From Orbicella franksi (lineage: Eukaryota): a DNA stretch of 64,000 nucleotides. How positions within the stretch are numbered: position 1 is the first letter of the stretch; each line of letters begins with the position of its first letter. Under the pieces are notes generated by a model. The model ran no database searches and had not been told where the DNA came from. It was given only the letters and a program-made list of their open reading frames with translations. Location of the stretch: NCBI GenBank assembly GCA_964199315.1, contig OZ116699.1:37014001-37078000 (forward strand), written 5' to 3'. A program made the position numbers and the translations under genes. Positions 1 to 10,368 of this stretch are shown here, in pieces.

Positions 1-1188
1 CTTAAACTGAAAGGTGTTCTACCTACGCTAAATTAGTTTACAGAAAGCAAATATATATAATGTTGATATTGTTTACATCTCTTTCATACGACTCAGAGGT
101 TCTGAAACGTTCTATCGCAAACATTAAGGTAGGTCCGCCTATGTTTTGGTTCTACTTACAGCTAAAAGTTCACGAAGGAAAAACTTCTTTCTCAGCTAAA
201 TTTCTTAAACGTAGCTTATTGGTACAAAATAGATTTTAGCATGATTTTTTTTATGATAGCATTTGAAGACCACAGTTAAAATGTTCGATTTGTTCTCCGC
301 CTTCTATTGGAGGCCTTAAAATCTGTAAGTTCCGTTTATTGCTACAAAGAGATAGCAGGCTGTGTTTATCTTTCTTTTAACAATATAGCTGATTTATACT
401 CGCTACTGGAGCTGAATGTGCCTTATTATTGTTTTTAGAGAACACGGAACATCATATATTTTTTTAATTTTTGGTAAATAACGCTTTTTGTTGCGAGTTT
501 GTTCCAAACTACTGGCTTCGTTCATGTACGTCGTCACGAATTTGAAAACAAATATTTGTCGTTTCATTCTGACTAAACAGTTCACGGTCGTAGTGAATGG
601 TTAAATGAAAATAAACGTGAACAGAATTATAAAAATGATGTATAATCGTCGTGACAATGCAAAGACAGAACTATTGTTGATTCACCAGTGAACTCGAACT
701 GGCCGTAAAGTAGGATTGTTTATAATTCGTTCAAGTCATCCATTAGTTAGCTTAAGCGCTTGCCTTTTCTTTAAGTGTTGTTTTGTTTGAACAAAGTAAG
801 ATATAAAACTAATTTTCACTACATCGATCTCTTCGAAAAATATTAATAACACTGCTTTCTCATAGTTCTTTTCTGATTTATTTTCCGTCAAGCGGGTTGC
901 TTTGAATAATTAAGACACTACACCACTTAATCGGCTAAAGGGGAGATATTGCAAGATTCAAAATACACTCACGAACATTACTAGCAGTCTCCGCGCCTGC
1001 TTTGTGTTCCTGTTTCTAAAATAAAGTACCACTGAGTAGCAGAGATATTTTAGCTTAAGAGGCAGGACAGGCTCATTTGTTTATCACCTGCAAACACAAC
1101 ATTGTTGTAGTGAATGAGGACTTTCAGTTTATAGCTGGTAGAGCTAAACTTTCAAACGAATACAAAAAGTACCCACGCTGGAAAAGAC

Positions 1189-1197
1189 TATTTAAAA
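1189..1197 (+). promoter_or_regulatory. Possible TATA-like element upstream of precursor 1
   Basis: TATTTAAAA about 300 bp upstream of the ATG; the 5' UTR exon was not resolved. Confidence 0.25.
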
Positions 1198-1495
1198 AGC
1201 AGGAGGGTTTTTTTGGATAAAGCTTCCTTTAGTGCACCCTCTTGTCAAAAGAGTTATGAGAGTTATGTTTGGTTCTTGTGCAAACTTTCATTCTCGCGGT
1301 GCCAAGATCGGACCAAAATTCCGGTGTGGGGCGTTGTCACCTTCGATGGGCGAGACCTACATTCGGGGAAGTTAAGGGCTGTTCTGATAAACTACCTTTG
1401 CCCGTAAAATACTTTAACCTAACTAAGATCTCTCATTCAGCAGGGTTCCGTGAAGTTAACATTTTTTTATTGTTACAACAATTTTAATCCGGCAG

Positions 1496-4331
1496 ATGGT
1501 TTCCAAGGCGCAAACAACTATCGTTCTCCTGACATGCGCAGTATTACTGCTCCTTGTCCAACCAACTGTGAGCCAACAGGATGCACTGCGATGGGGCAAG
1601 AGGGACAGCGGTCTATCGGAGGAGTATGCGCCAGAAAACGTACGAAACTGGCGGAGACAACAGGAAAACAAACGAGAATATTACGGTATGCCTGCATGCA
1701 TTATGGTCATCTTAAACACTTAGCATATGCTTACATGGTGTAGTTATTTCTTCGATGGATAGATCACTAGCTTTCTGTTTATTTGCGTCTTTTTTTTTTT
1801 TTTTAAATCACAATCGCTTATTTTTTTACTGTTATCTATTTTCGGCTGCAATCAATCGAACGGCGATAGCCATAGCAGATAACAGAGTGTCGGTAACTCT
1901 TTGACATAAATAAGTGATACATTTTAATTTGAATATCTTATTGAGCTCGACCCACTTTGATCCCTACGCCTTCGGGCTGCCTTTCTCTAACGACACGAGC
2001 CTTAGCGGAAACATAGGATTAATTTAATCAGATTATCAGCAAATCAAAATTGTGATCGGGAGAGTTCCACATGAATAACTGCGAACTGATGATATCAATA
2101 TTTGGAGAAAAGGAAAAAAGGAATTACTTTGTTTTCCATATGTTTAAGTACTATTCTCTAATTATTTCTTGAAATTTCATACCATCTAAAAAAATACAGG
2201 TGATGTGATGAAGAAAATGGTCCCACTGTCGTTTATAAATGTTTTTTATCTTGAGGCGGTTATGATCTTTAGCATGTTTCATAGTAAACTGCCTACATCC
2301 AGTTTACTAAAGAGATCGAAGAAAATGGAAAACTTCCTTTTCTAGACTGTTTGGTAAGCCGCGACAACAACGAACTGCGAACGACAGTGTACAGAAAACC
2401 GACGCGTACCGACAGTTAACTTGACGAATCATATTACAACCCGACCTCACACAAAGCCACGGCTATAAAGGCTTCGAGGAGACGAGCGTAACTAGTTTGT
2501 GACACACCGGACAGCTTACGTGACGAAAACAGATACCTTGAACTTGTTTTTCAGAAAAACAACTACAACGCTGACTTTATTAGACGAAACATTTACCGAA
2601 CTACTGAAGCTGACGCAACGAACAGGAACCCAACACCTGTTACTACAGTGACTATACCTTACATTATGGGCACTTCTGAGACCTTCTCACGGATCCTGCA
2701 GCCCTACATGTACAACATCCTTGTAGGCCACAAACCTACAACTACGTTACGGCACTTACTGACCAACGTGAAAGACAGCGACGAACCTAACAACAGACAG
2801 GGAGCCGTTTACAAGATCAAATGCTCCGACTGCCAGGCTTCCTACAATGGTGAGACTGGCAGAAACCTTAACACGAGACTGACTGAACACAAACGAGCGA
2901 CGAGAAATGGTGATGCCAACAATCACATTGCTGTATATCATCAACTGACAAACCACAACATTGACTGGGACTCTGCTCAGTGCTTAACCTCTGGACTCTG
3001 GAAAGCTGGTACACTAACCTAGAACAAACGCCAACAGATGTCAACAACTACCATCGCATTACAAACCTTACGTCGCCTTACATGACGGAAACGAAACCGA
3101 CAAACGGACTTCTGACAGACTGACTTAATTTGACTAACAATACACGGACCAAAAACCGACCAGTTTGACTAACAATAGACGGATCGAAACCGACCAATGA
3201 CTGATGACAAACTTAACACGAGTCCTTCAGCCAATACCATCATGGCTAAACTGACCAGACTTACAACATCATCGACTGACAAACATTCACTTGACTCTGA
3301 AGATGACTTCCGCTCAGGTTGTCGAAACGTCGGTCACCAACAACAGTTCTTTTCAGAACTACCCTCACCCGGACAATCACACTATACGAACTACTTTTAA
3401 CTTGTTTGTGAAGAAGAGAAAGAGATGACGATTAGCGAATTTGATTTAAAAAATAAATTTGAAATATACAAGGAAAATTCAAACTAAAATAAAGATTTGA
3501 AATAAGAAATTTATAGTAATCTTTAGATGAGCCCCATAGACTTCCACCCCCAGTCCGAAGTTCCAAAAGCGGTTTTCTACTTTGTTATGTACTTGCGTTT
3601 CCTTTGCCCCATTTGTTAAAAAATAGCTTAGTACTCGTTTTACCCAGAAGTCCGTTACATATTTGTACGCTGCTGTTATTGGCTGAGCTAACGCAAAGTG
3701 GGATTTATTTTTTTTTAATATTGTAACTGTTTTGCATCAGCTTCCTTAGCTCTTAGGTAAGTACATAGCTATGCCTAACCGAAATGTTGATTCACACTAA
3801 TGCACAAATCCAATTGTTTGATGGGCCCCGCATTTTTGTAGCTTTGTTTTGAAATCGCAGCCTGATCTAATACTTCCCTTCAGTCAGGGAGAAACTACAT
3901 GCCTCGTCATATTTAGTTGAAACTTATACAAATGCTTCAAATTTCGATCACATCAACTAGTAAAAAAACTTGTCAAAGTCCCCTTTCCCCTTTCAATCTT
4001 TGAAAATGCCAAAACACATTTATACGTCCCTTCAAAGGTCAAATTATTTTGTCAACACTGCACAGGGGTGGGGAGGGGCAAAATGTGTGAAAACTGAAGT
4101 GTTTCAACAATTATGATGAGGCTTATAGTTCTTTGAAACGCACGTGTGAATTCCTTAGAAGCTCATCAGACGTTACAGGGAGTAAAATGACATGGCTTAA
4201 TAGTTTAGAAGGCTATTTTAGTACAAAAAGCATTGAACGTAAAATCGGTTCTTTTTGACTGAATTATGACTTCATTTATTTTAACAGGCCAAGAGAGGCG
4301 CAGAGATGTTCCAGAATATGTCTACAATTGA
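1496..4331 (+). CDS. RWamide (LRWamide / Antho-RWamide-like) neuropeptide precursor 1; exons 1496-1685 and 4288-4331; 77 aa
   Basis: Acceptor (ttttaatccggcag) directly before the ATG. Hydrophobic signal peptide MVSKAQTTIVLLTCAVLLLLVQPTVS is followed immediately by QQDALRW-G-KR (amidation Gly plus dibasic site). Phase-1 donor G|GTATGC at 1686 joins acceptor tttattttaacag at 4287 in frame, giving ...KREYYGQERRRDVPEYVYN*. AATAAA at 4413. Confidence 0.85.
2295..3395 (+). mobile_element. 5'-truncated, degenerate Penelope-like retroelement (RT C-terminus plus GIY-YIG endonuclease) in intron of precursor 1
   Basis: Translates to IQFTKEIEENGKLPFLDCLVSRDNNELRTTVYRKPT (PLE RT end) and GAVYKIKCSDCQASYNGETGRNLNTRLTEHKR (GIY-YIG), with stops and frameshifts. 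Ends in a typical PLE tail. Confidence 0.9.
3292..3336 (+). ncRNA. Minimal type-I hammerhead ribozyme motif in the PLE tail
   Basis: TGACT-CTGAAGA-T-GAC(ttCCgctcaGGtt)GTC-GAAAC-GTC-GGTCA: both core boxes (CUGANGA, GAAA), a GUC cleavage triplet (cut after 3331), helix I TGACT/GGTCA with one G-U, and a palindromic ACGT in place of helix III. PLEs are known to carry such motifs. Confidence 0.6.
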
Positions 4332-4412
4332 GACATCGCTGAGGCGTGTATTTTAGTTCAAAAGGAGAGAGATATTGTGTAGAATATTTACGTACATCAT
4401 GTGTATGACTGT

Positions 4413-4418
4413 AATAAA
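4413..4418 (+). terminator. Polyadenylation signal of precursor 1
   Basis: AATAAA 82 bp after the stop at 4331; a second one at about 4430. Confidence 0.5.
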
Positions 4419-5342
4419 ATCAAAGACCAAATAAATTGCTTATTCTGCTGATCAGCTAGGTTGAAACACTTGTTTGTCTTAATTTTTTTATTGTAATCTT
4501 GTGCTGGAGTGCAACTTCACTTCTTAGTCTTGTGCCTCCCCTTTTCCAATATCTTTTTGACTTTACCTCGGGATATTTGGTATGATGGAGGGTTATGACG
4601 CCAAGAAAATGGAAATTGGAGAAGGGATATGATAACAAGACACCATATTTGTACGCCTGTATTCACTTTTCTCCTTTTCGTTTCCCTTTTTTGCAATACT
4701 ACACTGTTTTTCGATTATTTTAGCCACCCATTTCGCAGTGACCTTCAACTTTTCCTTCGTTTTCTGTAAATCAGTTTTAACTCGACATATCGGTAAACAA
4801 TCCTTGTTATCTGTCAAATAGTTGAAAAATAATAAAACATGCTGTCTGCTACTACTCAGCCTACACATCTAACGCTTCATGGGGATGAAATGGATTCCAG
4901 CCCAATCAACTCTATCCTTATATTGGACCCCAATAATTTACATCTCTCCGGAACGTTGAAAGTTGAAAATGACCTCAAAACATATTAAACAGTTCACGCC
5001 ACCAATTGAATTTACTAGGTAATCAATTTTTTATGTAACTTCAGTAACCAAACACTGATTGTGCTTCCGACATTGAAGTAAGGAATTTTTAACTTCGATT
5101 TCTTTTAGCAGTTACATAGATGACGGAATTGGTAATGACTGACTGAGAATCCGCTGCAAATCACTGTGCGTTAATAAAAAAACACACTGTGAGATCGGTC
5201 CCGAAAAATGTCCGATATGGCTCAGTTTTGATTATTAACAACGCGAAATAAGTACAAAACGCCAAAATCACAAAAGGTAAAAGGCGCATTAAAGGAAATT
5301 GTGTTCAAATTATATGATGCGTTTTGTAATCAATTGGTAAAG

Positions 5343-5604
5343 AGTAGTGCTTTCGTATAAATTCTTGGTCTTCGGCCATCGTAGCTTGATTAAAAATATA
5401 AAACAAACAGCGGTGATAAACATTTTAAAAACATGCATTTTATGAACTTGACGTTTCGTATGCTAGTCAACACACATTTTCAAAAATATAACCGTTAAAA
5501 TTTAGTGAAAAGCTATTTATACTGCATCAGTGGAGGTCTGGAACCTGGACAAAAAACATCTAGACAGAAAACATCGTATCTGAATTAGAAAGTAGTGCTT
5601 TCGT
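5343..5604 (-). repeat. Short insertion flanked by a 14-bp direct repeat, containing a PLE-tail-like remnant
   Basis: AGTAGTGCTTTCGT at 5343-5356 and 5591-5604. The interior on - reads TTGAAAATGTGTGTTGACTAGCATACGAAACGTCAA, a degenerate hammerhead-like tail. Confidence 0.4.
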
Positions 5605-5689
5605 TAACCCCAAGGCGCGATTTGCGCTTATCAAAGCTACTGATCCAAATTGTTTGGTCTTTCGACTGAAAAAAAACTCGGGTCCGTCA

Positions 5690-5830
5690 TTTGACGTTGT
5701 TATTTTCCAGAGGACAGCTACGAAATGTACCAAGATTTATAACGCATGTGCACAGCCATTGTCCTGCTCATTAACTTTTTTTTTCGCTGACGTTTTCGTT
5801 TCCGTCGAGGTTTGCTTAAGTTCCCTATGT
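5690..5830. repeat. Fragment of an interspersed non-autonomous repeat, also seen at 13008-13320 and 29672-29985
   Basis: Shares agaggac..aaatgtaccaagatttataa.gca.gtgca.agccattgt with the 13240-13310 segment and ends in gcttaagttccctat. Confidence 0.6.
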
Positions 5831-8495
5831 TATTGAGAAGCAGCATAATGGTTTTTTCAAAACTTAACGCCAAGTGAATAACATTTTCCTCGCACTCTTA
5901 TTGGTTGACTGAGACGGTAAATATCCTGTCATGTTGCCTGTTTTGTAAATATTACAAACCTATCTGTTTTAGGCGTTGTAGTTGGCAGCGGAAATATCCA
6001 CTTTTTATCTGTTGACGTTGTCGCTGTTCGTTGTCAGGTATGGTTTACATAAAAACAATTATTTGCCTCCGTGTCAGAGGAAAGAACAAGATATTTACCT
6101 TCCCCGCGATTTATTCCCTTGTAAGTTCACGTCGTCATTTTTTTATTCCTCGGAGTACACATCTGAATTAAGCTAAGTTTACTTCAAAGCTCTAATTTTA
6201 CAAAGCCTTTCTCCTTGGCTGCAATCGTTTTTGGAGTTAACATTAATAAAACCACATCGATCAAATACAGTTCAAGCAATTCAAGTCATATGCTAACATA
6301 AGCGGTACATTTGATGGAAAAACCGAAATACTAAGTGCGGTTCTCGATAATGTCACTTCAGATAAAATTTATAAACTTGAAGGGTAATATGCCTTTACCG
6401 TGAATTACTTAGTAATTGCTAAAACTATTTTTCCATAGGCTCTTCGATTCATTTTCTTTCTTTTTTTTTTCCTCTTTATTCTGTCTTTTTTATTTTCTGC
6501 TTTTTATGTGTATGTATGTGTGTCTAAAGAGTTTACTGTAAACCGTGCAAACATGTACGATGTTGTACTTGTTGAAGGGATTTCCTCTGCTTCAGTCCAG
6601 TCATCTTTGCTATAAACAGGACACCATTATTATCATCTCTTGTTATCAAACAGATTTGACAATCCGCCCGGAGTGTAATTGACGACAAGCTCTAAAACGA
6701 AATGGAAGCGAATTGCAATGACGGAAATGATGTTGACCACCACATTAGCAAAAGCAAACTTACAACGACACCTCGCTTCCTAGCAATTTAAAAGTTCATC
6801 ATTGCTACTAACGCAGGTTTAACACTGTTTATTGACCACTTTATGGCTTCTTTAAAGAGTGTCGGCGATACTTTTGGAAAATTCACATTACAAATGATGT
6901 TAATTGGAGCGTTCGAAAAGTCGAACAAAGAGAGGAAAGTCGAAGAATTAAGTTCTAATTTGGCTATCCATGAAAACAATGTTGGCTCCATTTCAGAGGC
7001 GAAGAAATTAAAGTGCTAAGCCTTTACCATTCATTTTATCTTTGCCTTATATGTGGGTTGTGTTATTGATGAAATATTTCCGACCAAACATGGTTCCGAA
7101 GTTTATTGTTTTCTAAATCAAAAAGAAAACAGAAAACCCTTGATTATATTTGCAATAAGGCGAAAACGCCAGCTGAAAACTGACGTCGACCATTGACCGC
7201 GATTTGATCTGAAGCCAACATGTGAAGTCTGGAGCTTAAAGGTTGAAAAAATTTAAAAGATTTAGCGTGCTACACTCTTCAATAGAGAGAAACAAACGAA
7301 AAACCGTGTACATCGCCGGCCAAAGGAACAATTCAATAACCAAAATTACCGCAGTCATTAACAGTGACTCGCGCAGTTAATTAAGACGCCAACGACTGAG
7401 AGCTTCTAAGGTATTAGTCTTAGATAAAAGAGGCATTGAAAGAGTAAAGGTTTTGACAAGTGGTTTAAGAACAGGAAGCTTCTACTCTAGATCGGAGTAA
7501 AGCATCAGTCGTACAAGTCAAACGCGAACAAGCGTAAGGTATGATTAACTTTCTGTCAATTTATAGGAAGGCAGGGTAGAGATAGCTAAAAATGACGCCC
7601 CCGTCCAATTTCATTGAAAAAGGCTGTCATTCCCAGATGATAGATCAAGCTTTAAAAGTCAAAGCAAGGTTAACGTGAATTGCGCAAAAAGTACGAGGGA
7701 TAGAAATAACAGTCAGAGGCCTTCGGTAAGCTGAAATAATTGCTATGCTTATTATATATGTCTCTTTGTGATTCCAGAGCCGTAAAAGTTTTTGTGGTAT
7801 TCACTATAATTTTATGAAAAAGAGCTAAACTATATTTCGTTGCTTTATAGCTCTAGAAACGACATTAAAATGGAGGCTAAAAACTTAACAGACTTCAAAA
7901 GGAATGCCAAAATTATGCGCGCAAGGAGTATTCAATGGTCGTTTTCAGCGCAGATGTTTACATTTTGAAGTTTACAGAATCAAAGCGTTTCTGTTTTTTT
8001 CTGCACTGTCATCTATATCCATAATTATGTTGAATTTAACATACCTTCCTCGTCCTCCATAGATTTGTAAAACAGTATTATAAAATCACCCAACAAAAGA
8101 TCTTTTTAAAGGGTTCCAGCGACTCGAAACTAAAACACTCTGATTCAACAGCTCTTCAACTTTTCAATTTGTACCGGAAATTACAGCCACTACATAATTA
8201 CAAGTACTGTTGTTCGCAATGTTTCAGAAGGGTTTCGTAAGGAAGCAAACAAAAGAAATAGAAACTCAGATTGAATCAGCTGGTATATGACACAGTTACA
8301 TCGGTCTTCGATTCTAAATTCTGAATTTAAGGCACCTCTCTGCTCAGAAATAGGAAGCTTTAGCAAACACATGGGCAACGGATATGAAAACGCCACCAAA
8401 AACGCCACCAAAGCAAGGGTTTAATTAATTAGCAGTGTAATGGTTTAACACGTGCGTTTAAATGAAGTTTTTTTCCCCTCCTTTTTGTAGAAAGC

Positions 8496-9197
8496 ATGAC
8501 GTCATCTTACAAGTTAGCGTTGTTATTGATCATTCCTTGCGTTCTTCTTTCGATGTACTCTCAAAATGTTGAGGGACAGCTTCCCGGAATTCGCTGGGGA
8601 AGAGGTTTTCAAGAAGGCGATGGTCTTCAAAGAGAAAGCGAGGGAAAACTTTGGGGACTGCTGAAAAAGAGGCTTTATCGACTTCAACTGGATGGTAACG
8701 TTTTATATAGTTCCAAGTTTATTTTGCTTCATGTTTTGATCTTATATGGACTATAGGCATAGTCATAAGAGAGAAAGGCAAACAGTATCATCTGAGATAA
8801 GTGCATTATCACTGACAGATCAGTTCTGTCTCAGTAAACAGCAGGCAGTTTTTGAATTCTAAATATAGGATAAGTGTAACTTATGTTTTCACATGAGACA
8901 GTGGGTAGCAGGGATGGCGCAGTGGTGAGAGCACTCGCCTCCCACTAATGTTGTCTGGGTTCGATTCCGCCCCAGTGCCATATGTGGGTTGAGTTTGTTG
9001 TTGGTTCTTAGGGTTCTCCGGTTTTCCTCCCGCCCTCCACAAAAACCTACATCTCCGAATTCCTATTCGACTAGGATAGAGGACCCGAATGAAAACCAGT
9101 TAAGGCTGATGTGGCTTTCTCTCTAAATATTGCAGTTTTGTCTGTTTTTAATTTTCTTCTCTCGGCAGATACAGCCCAAGACAAGGAGGTATCGTAG
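8496..9197 (+). CDS. RWamide neuropeptide precursor 2; exons 8496-8694 and 9169-9197; 75 aa
   Basis: Strong acceptor at 8490. Signal peptide MTSSYKLALLLIIPCVLLSMYSQNVEG is followed by QLPGIRW-G-R. Phase-1 donor G|GTAACG at 8695 joins acceptor ttcttctctcggcag at 9168, giving ...KKRLYRLQLDDTAQDKEVS*. AATAAA near 9446. Candidate 5' UTR donor AAG|GTATGA at 7539. Confidence 0.85.
8903..9133 (+). mobile_element. tRNA-derived SINE (V-domain-like core) in intron of precursor 2
   Basis: Pol III A-box TGGCGCAGTGG (8915) and B-box GGTTCGATTCC (8958), followed by GGTTCTCCGGTTTTCCTCCC, which resembles the V-SINE core. Confidence 0.75.
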
Positions 9198-9646
9198 GTC
9201 ATCCAGACTACTTGACAAAGTCGTCGATAATGAAGGAAAATGATAAGGAATTTACAAATACGAAATTTATTTACATTTTACCATTCATTGAAATCTCATC
9301 ACGAACAGGTTTCGTATAAATTTTAGGTAATTACAGAATGGAAATCCTTGTGTTGTTGGACGTCCTGAATTCATTCTGTATTCCTGTTGCTCTCTATTTA
9401 AATGTAAAAGGTTAAAGTTTCGGTTTATTGTCTATATCATCCATAATAAATTCAATGAGTACGTCAGTCATTAAACAAAAGTACATCGACCATTGCTGTA
9501 ATCTAAATTAGAAGCTATTAGAGAATATCCCAGTTCTCAAATACTAGCCAATCTAAATAAAATAAAGAATATGCCAAAGGCCTGTCGTTTTTTTTTATGA
9601 CTGAATGAGATGTAAGAAGGAGTATTACAAATGGGTTGAGAAAAAT

Positions 9647-9776
9647 TCGCTCGCTCGCTCGCTCGCTTGCTCAGTCAGTCTGTCAGTCGGCCAGCAAGTT
9701 GTGTAATTTTGCTGACCCGTTTTTTGTTGTTGTTGTTGTTGTTTTGTTTTTTGTTTTGTTTTGTTGTTTTTTTTTA
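9647..9776. repeat. Compound microsatellites (GCTC)n, (CAGT)n, (TTG)n and (TTTTG)n
   Basis: Directly visible in the sequence. Confidence 0.9.
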
Positions 9777-10129
9777 TCAAGGGATTGTTCGAAGAGAGGG
9801 TTTTAAGAGGTTGTGGAGAGCGAGGTTTTAGGGATTCTTAATTAGTAAATAGATAACTGTTACGCTTGGACAAAGTTGGAAAAAACGTAACACAATGACC
9901 CACTCCAGACGCATAGTATGCATAAAATAAATATGTTTGAGCCCAGTTGTGCATAAGCTTGTTCAAAAGACTGTGATATCTTGCTTGCTGCAATCATGAT
10001 TAGATTGATACTCCTTAAAATGTTTCTACTGATACAAAAGGGACATCTCCCACTCAGGCTTTCACGTACCAGTTAGTTACTGGACGAGACTAGGACAAAT
10101 ACAGAAATGCCTTTTCTATTTTGTATGTT

Positions 10130-10368
10130 ATAGAGAGTGAGCATGACGTTTAAGGCAGATGGCAAACGGCAAAAATTACTTCTAACCCTAAGTTTTATTC
10201 TTTTCTTGTAATCATTAAATTAATCACGCAAAAATAGAAAAATGTCTTCTACTATTCACCACAAATACAAATATTTTCACTCTATTGTACAGACAGCTTG
10301 AGACAGACGGCAAAAGTTTCATTTTTGCCCTTTACCGTTTGACGTAACGTCATGCTTAATCTTTCTAT
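10130..10368. mobile_element. MITE with ~48-bp imperfect terminal inverted repeats; its right end overlaps the DEG/ENaC stop codon
   Basis: Left end atagagagtgagcatgacgtttaaggcagatggcaaacggcaaaaat versus reverse complement of right end atagaaagattaagcatgacgttacgtcaaacggtaaagggcaaaaat. Confidence 0.75.

Noticed and set aside
8643-8672. GKLWG in precursor 2 as a possible LWamide
   Set aside because: The Gly is followed by LL rather than a basic residue, so it lacks a normal amidation and cleavage signal.
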